The notes below the pieces were generated by a model, which saw only the letters and a list, made by a program, of their open reading frames with translations, made no database searches and was not told the origin of the DNA. Below, piece after piece: positions 1 through 5,696 of a stretch of DNA of 64,000 bases. Location: IMG/VR virus record IMGVR_UViG_3300036802_000312; one strand, 5' to 3'. The DNA comes from an uncultured virus (IMG/VR IMGVR_UViG_3300036802_000312) (Duplodnaviria > Heunggongvirae > Uroviricota > Caudoviricetes). A program made the position numbers and the translations under genes. The first letter of the stretch is position 1. Each line of letters begins with the position of its first letter.

Positions 1-306
1 ATGGAGGTGAAAGACAGTATGAATAACATAAGTGCAGCAAACGCAACGATGAATCATTTCAATATTCAGCCAGTGGGCAGATTTAGCCTACTTATTCAAA
101 CATGCCTTTTACCACAAGCTAATATTGAGTTTAGTAAACATGAGGATCGCAAATCTTATCCGTCAACAGAACAAGTGGCGATTTGGGGAGGGTTATATCC
201 GAAAGTACAAAGGTGTCTTGTAGAAAAAATACCGATATACTCGTTTATCTTGAAGTGGTGTACCCATTTTAGAGAGAAGCGTTATACAAGTAAATTTTCA
301 GTGTAG
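1..306 (+). CDS. hypothetical protein (possibly 5'-partial)
   Basis: ORF track; followed by an intrinsic terminator at 325-355. Confidence 0.35.
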   Translation: MEVKDSMNNISAANATMNHFNIQPVGRFSLLIQTCLLPQANIEFSKHEDRKSYPSTEQVAIWGGLYPKVQRCLVEKIPIYSFILKWCTHFREKRYTSKFSV

Positions 307-324
307 CTAATAGGCTACAAACAA

Positions 325-355
325 GACACCCATCGAAAAGATTGGGTGTTTTTTT
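325..355 (+). terminator. intrinsic terminator
   Basis: GACACCCATC-gaaaa-GATTGGGTGT hairpin followed by a T-run. Confidence 0.7.
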
Positions 356-373
356 ATTGAAATTTTAAAATAT

Positions 374-466
374 GGATAGGTACTCAAGTGGTTAAGAGAA
401 TCCCCTGCTAAGGGATTAGGCGATCTAAACAATCGTGCGAGGGTTCAAATCCCTCTCTATCCTCCA
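374..466 (+). tRNA. trnS: tRNA-Ser(GCT)
   Basis: loop ctGCTaa, long variable arm, CCA. Confidence 0.92.
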
Positions 467-471
467 TATAT

Positions 472-546
472 GGGCAAGTAGCCAAGAGGTGAAGGCTGTT
501 GACTGCAAATCTTCGAGCGGTGGTTCGATTCCACTCTTGCCCTCCA
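472..546 (+). tRNA. trnC: tRNA-Cys(GCA), weak anticodon stem
   Basis: gttga ctGCAaa tcttc; CCA. Confidence 0.85.
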
Positions 547-566
547 ATAAAAAAATGAAAGAATAT

Positions 567-643
567 GCGGTTATGATGGAATTGGCAGACATCCTTGCCT
601 AAGAAGCAAGGTTTTGAGGGTTCGAGTCCCTCTATCCGCACCA
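567..643 (+). tRNA. trnL: tRNA-Leu(AAG), short variable loop
   Basis: cttgc ctAAGaa gcaag; Leu-type D-arm GGAATTGGCAGAC; 5-nt variable region. Confidence 0.85.
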
Positions 644-649
644 TAATTA

Positions 650-724
650 AGGGATGTAGTTCAGTGGAAGAACACTTGTTTTGGGAACAAGATGTCGTAA
701 GTTCGATTCTTACCATTCCTACCA
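650..724 (+). tRNA. trnP: tRNA-Pro(TGG)
   Basis: cttgt ttTGGga acaag; CCA. Confidence 0.88.
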
Positions 725-735
725 AATTAAATTAT

Positions 736-809
736 AGAGGTATCGTTCAACGGTAGGACTGCGGCTTCCAACCCCGCCAATCAGGGTTCAACTCCTTGTG
801 CCTCTGCCA
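736..809 (+). tRNA. trnW: tRNA-Trp(CCA)
   Basis: gcggc ttCCAac cccgc; G73, CCA. Confidence 0.85.
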
Positions 810-816
810 ATTATAT

Positions 817-896
817 GCTCCCTTATTGCTCAGTCAGGTTAGAGCACACGTCTTATATGCGTGGGGTCGTTGGTTCAAATCCAACAGGGAGTACCA
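817..896 (+). tRNA. trnI: tRNA-Ile(TAT)
   Basis: cacgt ctTATat gcgtg; CCA. Confidence 0.85.
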
Positions 897-900
897 ATAT

Positions 901-974
901 AGGGGATTCGTTTAGTGGTAGGACATAACACTTTGACTGTTATTGCGTAGGTTCGATTCCTGCATCCCCCGCCA
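901..974 (+). tRNA. trnQ: tRNA-Gln(TTG)
   Basis: taaca ctTTGac tgtta; CCA. Confidence 0.9.
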
Positions 975-978
975 AAAT

Positions 979-1054
979 GGTTTTGTAGCTCAATCGGGAG
1001 AGCGTTGCACTGTCACTGCAAAGGTAGCGAGATCGAAACTCGTCAAGACCGCCA
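979..1054 (+). tRNA. trnD: tRNA-Asp(GTC)
   Basis: ttgca ctGTCac tgcaa; T-loop ATCGAAA. Confidence 0.88.
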
Positions 1055-1060
1055 TTATAT

Positions 1061-1136
1061 GGATCTTTAGCTCAGTTGGAAGAGCGTTTGGCTCATAACC
1101 GAATGGTCACAGGTTCGATTCCTGTAGGATCCACCA
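1061..1136 (+). tRNA. tRNA(CAT), Ile2-like or elongator Met
   Basis: tttgg ctCATaa ccgaa; body resembles Bacillus tRNA-Ile2 (GGAYCTTTAGCTCAG...). Confidence 0.85.
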
Positions 1137-1145
1137 AAAAATTAT

Positions 1146-1221
1146 TGACGTGTAGCTCAGTGGTAGTAGCAACCGCCTGTTAAGCGGAGAGTCGTAGGTT
1201 CGATCCCTACCATGTCAGCCA
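1146..1221 (+). tRNA. trnN: tRNA-Asn(GTT)
   Basis: loop ctGTTaa; CCA. Confidence 0.9.
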
Positions 1222-1224
1222 TAT

Positions 1225-1311
1225 GGGAAAGCGGCGAAGTTGGAGAGTCGTGGCAGACTGTAAATCTGCTGTCGAAAGGCTGAGTGAGTTCGAATCTCAC
1301 CTTTCCCACCA
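1225..1311 (+). tRNA. trnY: tRNA-Tyr(GTA)
   Basis: gcaga ctGTAaa tctgc; long variable arm. Confidence 0.92.
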
Positions 1312-1345
1312 AAATAAAATTATACAAAGAAAGGAAGTGTTCTTC

Positions 1346-1390
1346 ATGCGAGAGAGTGATGAGGTAGAGGAAGAAATGATGAAAACATAA
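1346..1390 (+). CDS. Glu-rich mini-ORF MRESDEVEEEMMKT preceding tRNA-Glu
   Basis: SD AAAGGAAGTG; ATG..TAA; 5/14 Glu. Confidence 0.65.
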   Translation: MRESDEVEEEMMKT

Positions 1391-1393
1391 TGT

Positions 1394-1470
1394 GGCTCCG
1401 TTGACAAACTGGTTAAGTCACCAGACTTTCAATCTGGTCATTGCGGGTTCGAATCCCGTCGGAGTCACCA
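1394..1470 (+). tRNA. trnE: tRNA-Glu(TTC)
   Basis: ccaga ctTTCaa tctgg; CCA. Confidence 0.92.
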
Positions 1471-1520
1471 CAAAAGTAAAATAGATTGAATATTCTGAAT
1501 ATAAAAGGAGAGTGAAGTGC

Positions 1521-1568
1521 GTGAAAAGTGACAAATCAGACAAATCAATAAAATATATGTCTTCGTAG
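1521..1568 (+). CDS. Lys-rich mini-ORF MKSDKSDKSIKYMSS overlapping tRNA-Lys
   Basis: SD AAAGGAGAGTGA; GTG start; stop TAG = tRNA nt 8-10. Confidence 0.7.
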   Translation: MKSDKSDKSIKYMSS

Positions 1569-1634
1569 CTCAATTGGTAGAGCAAGGAACTTTTAATTCC
1601 GAGGTTGCAGGTTCAAGTCCTGTCGGAGACACCA
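1559..1634 (+). tRNA. trnK: tRNA-Lys(TTT)
   Basis: aggaa ctTTTaa ttccg; CCA. Confidence 0.92.
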
Positions 1635-1640
1635 ATGTAT

Positions 1641-1714
1641 GCGGATGTAATTTAAAGGTAGAATGCTTGTTTTCCAAACAAGTCATGAGGGTTCGATTCC
1701 CTTCGTCCGCTCCA
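1641..1714 (+). tRNA. trnG: tRNA-Gly(TCC)
   Basis: cttgt ttTCCaa acaag; U73, CCA. Confidence 0.9.
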
Positions 1715-1721
1715 AAAATAT

Positions 1722-1790
1722 CGCTGTGACAGGTGTGCGTTAGGCTTCATAAGCCCGATTGCGAGGGTTCAAGCCCCTCCACTGCAACCA
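1722..1790 (+). tRNA. D-arm-reduced tRNA-like RNA with CAT anticodon
   Basis: acceptor, anticodon (ttCATaa) and T arms plus ACCA present; D-arm replaced by ACAGGTGTGCGT. Confidence 0.6.
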
Positions 1791-1793
1791 TTT

Positions 1794-1869
1794 CGGCTCG
1801 TAGCTCAGTTGGTAGAGCTTCGGTGTGAAGTACCGAGAGTCGGGGGTTCAAATCCCTCCGAGCCGACCA
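1794..1869 (+). tRNA. trnF: tRNA-Phe(GAA), atypical loop
   Basis: tcggt gtGAAgt accga; CCA. Confidence 0.88.
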
Positions 1870-1906
1870 TAATTTCTACAGTTAAAATGAAAGAGGTGAA
1901 ATAAAC

Positions 1907-1966
1907 ATGCGACAGAGAGTTCGACAGCGTTACATAGTGAACTATATTAATACTATTCTCCTATAG
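1907..1966 (+). CDS. Gln/Arg mini-ORF MRQRVRQRYIVNYINTILL overlapping tRNA-Gln
   Basis: SD AAAGAGGTGA; stop TAG = tRNA nt 8-10. Confidence 0.6.
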   Translation: MRQRVRQRYIVNYINTILL

Positions 1967-2030
1967 CATATTGGTAATGCACCTGGCTTTGAACCAGGGG
2001 AACACAGTTCGATTCTGTGTGGGAGTGCCA
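1957..2030 (+). tRNA. trnQ: tRNA-Gln(TTG)
   Basis: cctgg ctTTGaa ccagg; CCA. Confidence 0.9.
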
Positions 2031-2043
2031 AATTAACATTTAT

Positions 2044-2119
2044 GCGTCTTTAACTCAGTGGACAGAGTGCTTGGTTTCGACCCAAGTTGTCGGGAGTTCA
2101 AATCTCTCAAGGCGCTCCA
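2044..2119 (+). tRNA. trnR: tRNA-Arg(TCG)
   Basis: cttgg ttTCGac ccaag; CCA. Confidence 0.88.
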
Positions 2120-2123
2120 TTAT

Positions 2124-2201
2124 CTGGATTTAGCTCAGCTTGGTTAGAGTACGTGCCTTGGACGCACGGGGTCGTTGGTTCAAATCCAACAGTCCAGACC
2201 A
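2124..2201 (+). tRNA. trnP: tRNA-Pro(TGG)
   Basis: cgtgc ctTGGac gcacg. Confidence 0.9.
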
Positions 2202-2206
2202 AATAT

Positions 2207-2283
2207 GCTGAATTAGCTCAGTAGGTTAGAGTATCCCTCTGATAAGGGGAAGGTCGATGGTTCGAGTCCATCATTCAGTACCA
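2207..2283 (+). tRNA. trnI: tRNA-Ile(GAT)
   Basis: tccct ctGATaa gggga. Confidence 0.9.
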
Positions 2284-2288
2284 AATAT

Positions 2289-2366
2289 TGCGGAGTGGTA
2301 GCAGTCTGGTAGCTCGCTTGGCTCATAACCAAGAGGTCAAGGGTTCAAATCCCTTCTCCGCAACCA
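2289..2366 (+). tRNA. trnM: tRNA-fMet-like (CAT)
   Basis: initiator-type D-arm (GCAGTCTGGTAGCTCG), ctCATaa, ends CCGCAACCA. Confidence 0.85.
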
Positions 2367-2367
2367 T

Positions 2368-2443
2368 GGGATCGTAGCTCAATTGGTAGAGCAGCGGCTT
2401 TGCAAGTCGAAGGTTGGAGGTTCAAGTCCTCTCGGTTCCACCA
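2368..2443 (+). tRNA. trnA: tRNA-Ala(TGC)
   Basis: loop ttTGCaa; G3:U70. Confidence 0.9.
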
Positions 2444-2452
2444 AAATAATAT

Positions 2453-2528
2453 TGGCGTGTAGAACAACTGGTAGTTCAGCTCACTGTTAATGAGAAGGTT
2501 GTAGGTTCGAATCCTATCATGCCAGCCA
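2453..2528 (+). tRNA. trnN: tRNA-Asn(GTT)
   Basis: ctca ctGTTaa tgag. Confidence 0.88.
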
Positions 2529-2532
2529 ATAT

Positions 2533-2608
2533 GGTTCTGTAGCTCAATCGGGAGAGTGCTTGCTTGTCACGCAAGAGGTAGCGAGATCAAAACTCGTCAG
2601 AACCGCCA
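2533..2608 (+). tRNA. trnD: tRNA-Asp(GTC)
   Basis: cttgc ttGTCac gcaag. Confidence 0.88.
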
Positions 2609-2617
2609 AAAATATAT

Positions 2618-2704
2618 GGGGAAACGGCGAAGTAGGAGAGTCGTGGCAGACTGTAAATCTGTTGCCTTTGTGCTCAGTGAGTTCGAATCTCACTTTCCCC
2701 ACCA
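2618..2704 (+). tRNA. trnY: tRNA-Tyr(GTA)
   Basis: gcaga ctGTAaa tctgt; long variable arm. Confidence 0.92.
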
Positions 2705-2733
2705 ACTCAAATACTGAAAGGATGGTGATCTCT

Positions 2734-2778
2734 ATGACAGAGGTTGGCGAGGAAAGATTTAAAGAAACATTTGATTAA
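2734..2778 (+). CDS. Glu-rich mini-ORF MTEVGEERFKETFD preceding tRNA-Glu
   Basis: SD AAAGGATGGTGA; 4/14 Glu; same length and spacing as 1346-1390. Confidence 0.65.
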   Translation: MTEVGEERFKETFD

Positions 2779-2781
2779 CAT

Positions 2782-2856
2782 GGCGTGGTGGTGAAATTGG
2801 AATAACACACCGCACTTTCACTGCGGGATTTGCGAGTTCGAGCCTCGTCCACGTCA
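2782..2856 (+). tRNA. trnE: tRNA-Glu(TTC), no encoded CCA
   Basis: ccgca ctTTCac tgcgg. Confidence 0.85.
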
Positions 2857-2865
2857 TAACATTTT

Positions 2866-2941
2866 GCTCGGTTAGCTCAAATGGTAGAGCAACGGTATCG
2901 TAAACCGTAGGCTATGGGTTCAAGTCCCTTATCGAGCACCA
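2866..2941 (+). tRNA. trnT: tRNA-Thr(CGT)
   Basis: acggt atCGTaa accgt. Confidence 0.88.
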
Positions 2942-2971
2942 TTATTTAATTAGAGAAGAGAGGGTGATGAA

Positions 2972-3019
2972 ATGAAGAGTGACAAAGGAAATAAATCAGA
3001 TAAACGTAAGTCCTCGTAG
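2972..3019 (+). CDS. Lys-rich mini-ORF MKSDKGNKSDKRKSS overlapping tRNA-Lys
   Basis: SD GAGAGGGTGA; stop TAG = tRNA nt 8-10. Confidence 0.7.
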   Translation: MKSDKGNKSDKRKSS

Positions 3020-3085
3020 CTCAATTGGTAGAGCAAGCGGCTTTTAACCGAGAGGTTACAGGTTCAAATCCTGTCGGGGACACCA
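3010..3085 (+). tRNA. trnK: tRNA-Lys(TTT)
   Basis: agcgg ctTTTaa ccgag; CCA. Confidence 0.88.
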
Positions 3086-3091
3086 ATTTAT

Positions 3092-3165
3092 GCGGATGTA
3101 GTTTAAAGGTAGAATGCCAGCTTGCCAAGTTGGTTGTGAGGGTTCGATTCCCTTCATCCGCTCCA
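3092..3165 (+). tRNA. trnG: tRNA-Gly(GCC)
   Basis: ccagc ttGCCaa gttgg. Confidence 0.9.
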
Positions 3166-3204
3166 AAAATACTTAAATTAACGAATGAAAGAGGTGAGGG
3201 TAAG

Positions 3205-3255
3205 ATGCCACAGCAAGGAGAACAGAAAATCTCAGTTTTAATTGATCTCCCGTAG
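3205..3255 (+). CDS. Gln-rich mini-ORF MPQQGEQKISVLIDLP overlapping tRNA-Gln
   Basis: SD AAAGAGGTGA; stop TAG = tRNA nt 8-10. Confidence 0.65.
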   Translation: MPQQGEQKISVLIDLP

Positions 3256-3319
3256 CATATTGGTAATGCACCTGGCTTTGAACCAGGTAAACACAGTTCA
3301 ATTCTGTGCGGGAGTGCCA
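3246..3319 (+). tRNA. trnQ: tRNA-Gln(TTG)
   Basis: cctgg ctTTGaa ccagg. Confidence 0.9.
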
Positions 3320-3338
3320 CAAAAATAGTTTTAATTAT

Positions 3339-3415
3339 CTGGACTTAGCTCAGTTTGGTAGAGTACATGCTTTGGACGCATGGGGTCGTTGGTTCAAATC
3401 CAGCAGTTCAGACCA
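3339..3415 (+). tRNA. trnP: tRNA-Pro(TGG)
   Basis: catgc ttTGGac gcatg. Confidence 0.9.
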
Positions 3416-3420
3416 TACAT

Positions 3421-3499
3421 GCCTGTATGGTGGAATGGCAGACACGATTGGTTTAGAGCCAGTTGCTTCGGCGTGGGGGTTCAAGTCCCTCTACAGGCA
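3421..3499 (+). tRNA. trnL: tRNA-Leu(TAG), no encoded CCA
   Basis: attgg ttTAGag ccagt; variable arm. Confidence 0.88.
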
Positions 3500-3509
3500 C
3501 TTAAAATAT

Positions 3510-3586
3510 GCTGTTATAGCTCAGTTGGTTAGAGTACCCGTCTGATAAGCGGGAGGTCAGTGGTTCAAATCCATTTAACAGCACCA
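3510..3586 (+). tRNA. trnI: tRNA-Ile(GAT)
   Basis: cccgt ctGATaa gcggg. Confidence 0.9.
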
Positions 3587-3592
3587 AAGTAT

Positions 3593-3668
3593 TGACATGT
3601 AGCTCAGCGGTAGTAGCATCCGACTGTTAATCGGAGAGTCGTAGGTTCGATCCCTACCATGTCAGCCA
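3593..3668 (+). tRNA. trnN: tRNA-Asn(GTT)
   Basis: tccga ctGTTaa tcgga. Confidence 0.9.
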
Positions 3669-3672
3669 ATAT

Positions 3673-3746
3673 GGGGAAATAGTTTAATGGTAGAACAGTG
3701 GCTTCCAAACCCGCTGGTGTGGGTTCGATTCCTGCTTTCCCTGCCA
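3673..3746 (+). tRNA. trnW: tRNA-Trp(CCA)
   Basis: gtggc ttCCAaa cccgc. Confidence 0.85.
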
Positions 3747-3757
3747 AAATGAAATAT

Positions 3758-3833
3758 GGTGTCGGTAGCTCAATGGTTAGAGTGCTGGACTGTGAATCCA
3801 GCGATGCGAGTTCGATCCTCGTCCTTCACCCCA
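3758..3833 (+). tRNA. trnH: tRNA-His(GTG)
   Basis: ctgga ctGTGaa tccag; G-1, C73. Confidence 0.88.
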
Positions 3834-3838
3834 AATAT

Positions 3839-3914
3839 GGTTCTGTAGCTCAATCGGGAGAGTGCTTGCTTGTCACGCAAGAGGTAGCGAGATCGAAACT
3901 CGTCAGAACCGCCA
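3839..3914 (+). tRNA. trnD: tRNA-Asp(GTC)
   Basis: near-identical to 2533-2608. Confidence 0.88.
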
Positions 3915-3922
3915 AAAGATAT

Positions 3923-3995
3923 GGGTTCGTAGCTCAATTGGAAGAGCAACTGCTTTGCAAGTAGAAGGTCGGAGGTTCGAATCCTTCTAAACCAG
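3923..3995 (+). pseudogene. tRNA-Ala(TGC) with degenerate 3' acceptor strand
   Basis: D, anticodon and T arms intact; 3' strand (taaacca) does not pair with GGGTTCG. Confidence 0.6.
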
Positions 3996-4030
3996 TCAAT
4001 TGAAATCAGAGAGGATGATTCAAATGAAAT

Positions 4031-4387
4031 ATGGGATTTGTCGTTGAAGGATTAAATGACGAGAAACATCTAAAAGAAGTGATGCCTGATGCCCATTGTG
4101 TTGTTACAAACGGAACGAGAATGAATGGACGAGTGCAAATGGATATTAATCATGCATTATCTCTCTGTGATGAAGTTTATTTACTCACTGATCCCGATGA
4201 AGCAGGAGATACTTTAGCGAAAATGGTTTGGCGGTTGTATCCTTCTTTACCAAGAGTTTTGTTGGATCGATATGAATGCACAACTTATCGGAATTTAAAA
4301 CTGAAGGTGGGTGTGGAACATTGCGAATTGGAGTACTTGAGACATGTTTTGTTTGAATATTTGAACAATCTTGATTTGTCTCTGTAG
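4031..4387 (+). CDS. Toprim-domain protein, RNase M5/YusF-like
   Basis: VVEG..D, TNG, LLTDPDEAG (DxD) and GVEH motifs of the RNase M5 family. Confidence 0.8.
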   Translation: MGFVVEGLNDEKHLKEVMPDAHCVVTNGTRMNGRVQMDINHALSLCDEVYLLTDPDEAGDTLAKMVWRLYPSLPRVLLDRYECTTYRNLKLKVGVEHCELEYLRHVLFEYLNNLDLSL

Positions 4388-4636
4388 TTTATCGGGGTAA
4401 CAGTATTTTTAGATCTTGAAGGTTCAAAAGCCTTCTACGTCATTAATTTAAATAATGGCGTAACAAAAAAAAGAAGCTCCACCCCGCCAAGAGTTAAGCT
4501 GCTTCACGTTCTTCGTTCTTATTATACGCTTTTACAGATAGCGTTGCAATGTGGGGACAAATAAGAAATTTAGCGGTTTAAGAAGATTGGAATTAGTTCT
4601 TATTTTTAGATGATCTTAAAACATGAAAGTTTATAT

Positions 4637-4718
4637 GCGGGTATGGTGGAATGGCAGACACGGTGGATTTAAGACCCACTGCGAGAGCGTACAGGTTCAA
4701 GTCCTGTTACCCGTACCA
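4637..4718 (+). tRNA. trnL: tRNA-Leu(TAA)
   Basis: gtgga ttTAAga cccac. Confidence 0.88.
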
Positions 4719-4723
4719 AATAT

Positions 4724-4805
4724 GCGGATGTGGTGGAATGGCAGACACGGTAGATTCAAAACCTACTGCTTTGGCATGAGAGTTCAAGTCTCTCCATCTG
4801 CACCA
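4724..4805 (+). tRNA. trnL: tRNA-Leu(CAA)
   Basis: gtaga ttCAAaa cctac. Confidence 0.88.
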
Positions 4806-4813
4806 AAATATAT

Positions 4814-4889
4814 GCTTGTTTAGTTCAGTCGGTAGAATAGCTGTTTTGTAATCAGAAGGTCGGGGGTTCGATTCCCTCAACAAGCACCA
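4814..4889 (+). tRNA. trnT: tRNA-Thr(TGT)
   Basis: loop ttTGTaa; CCA. Confidence 0.85.
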
Positions 4890-4895
4890 TACTAT

Positions 4896-4968
4896 GCTGG
4901 TTTAGTTCAGTTGGGAGAATGTCTGTTTTGTAATCAGAAGGTCGGGGGTTCGAGTCCCTCAACCAGCA
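4896..4968 (+). tRNA. trnT: tRNA-Thr(TGT), no encoded CCA
   Basis: tandem paralog of the previous gene. Confidence 0.85.
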
Positions 4969-4999
4969 TCATCAAACAAAATGAAAGGAAGTGATTAGT

Positions 5000-5047
5000 G
5001 TGAAGAGTGACAAAGATGGCAAGTCCAATAAACATTTGGGTGTGTAG
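5000..5047 (+). CDS. Lys-rich mini-ORF MKSDKDGKSNKHLGV overlapping tRNA-Lys
   Basis: SD AAAGGAAGTGA; GTG start; stop TAG = tRNA nt 8-10. Confidence 0.7.
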   Translation: MKSDKDGKSNKHLGV

Positions 5048-5113
5048 CTCAATCGGTAGAGCAACGGTCTTTTAAACCGTAGGTAGTGGGATCGTAACCC
5101 ACCGCACCCACCA
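5038..5113 (+). tRNA. trnK: tRNA-Lys(TTT)
   Basis: acggt ctTTTaa accgt; T-loop ATCGTAA. Confidence 0.88.
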
Positions 5114-5125
5114 TATATATAATTT

Positions 5126-5202
5126 GCTCGCTTAGCTCAGTAGAGGAGAGCGTTCGGTTTACACCCGAAAGGTCATGGGTTCGAGTCCCTTAGCGAGTAC
5201 CA
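5126..5202 (+). tRNA. trnV: tRNA-Val(TAC)
   Basis: ttcgg ttTACac ccgaa. Confidence 0.9.
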
Positions 5203-5205
5203 TAT

Positions 5206-5280
5206 GCGGATATGGTATAAAGGTAGTGCCGTAGCCTTCCAAGCTATAGAAGACGGGTTCGAGTCCCGCTATCCGCTCCA
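5206..5280 (+). tRNA. trnG: tRNA-Gly(TCC)
   Basis: gtagc ctTCCaa gctat. Confidence 0.9.
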
Positions 5281-5300
5281 ATAATATTAACACTCACTAT

Positions 5301-5431
5301 GCGGAAATCGTCTAAAGGTAGGACACCCCCCTCCAGGGGCGTGAATGTGTGGTTCGCTACCACCAGGATGAGTAGCCCTCATCTGCACGATAGTCAATGA
5401 GATCGAGGTTCGATTCCTTGTTTCCGCTCCA
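5301..5431 (+). ncRNA. 131-nt tRNA-Gly-like RNA with a large inserted multi-hairpin domain
   Basis: GCGGAAA/TTTCCGC-TCCA acceptor, D and T arms, about 60-nt structured insert. Confidence 0.6.
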
Positions 5432-5436
5432 ATTAT

Positions 5437-5511
5437 TGTCTGAAAGCTTTGATGGTGAAGCTGATCTCAGCGCAAGAGATGAATGTAGTTCAATTCTACA
5501 TCAGACAGCCA
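5437..5511 (+). tRNA. tRNA-like RNA, undetermined identity (loop AGCGCAA, no U33)
   Basis: perfect TGTCTGA/TCAGACA-GCCA acceptor, D and T arms. Confidence 0.6.
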
Positions 5512-5514
5512 TAT

Positions 5515-5590
5515 ATCCTCGTAGCTCAGTCGGAAGAGCATGGAGCTTCTACCTCCAGTGTCAGGGGTTCGAGTCCCTTCGAGGATGCCA
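5515..5590 (+). tRNA. trnR: tRNA-Arg(TCT)
   Basis: tggag ctTCTac ctcca. Confidence 0.9.
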
Positions 5591-5594
5591 ATAC

Positions 5595-5663
5595 AGCGGC
5601 ATAAGGTGTGCGTTTTCTCTCATAAGGAAGATTGTGTAGGTTCAAGTCCTACTGTCGCTACTA
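5595..5663 (+). tRNA. second D-arm-reduced CAT tRNA-like RNA
   Basis: AGCGGCA/TGTCGCT acceptor, TAAGGTGTGCGT connector, ctCATaa. Confidence 0.55.
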
Positions 5664-5696
5664 AATCAAATTTAATGTTTAAGGTGGGTGAGATTG

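Noticed and set aside
555..602. ATG AAA GAA TAT... running into tRNA-Leu(AAG), and ATG at 4623 before Leu(TAA)
   Set aside because: No SD and no cognate-codon enrichment before the tRNA, so not counted as leaders.
4378..4620. Possible decayed tRNA (GAAGGttcaaaagCCTTC) and an AAGAAGCT..CCCGCCAAG..GCTGCTTC element
   Set aside because: No complete cloverleaf or assignable family; too weak to call.
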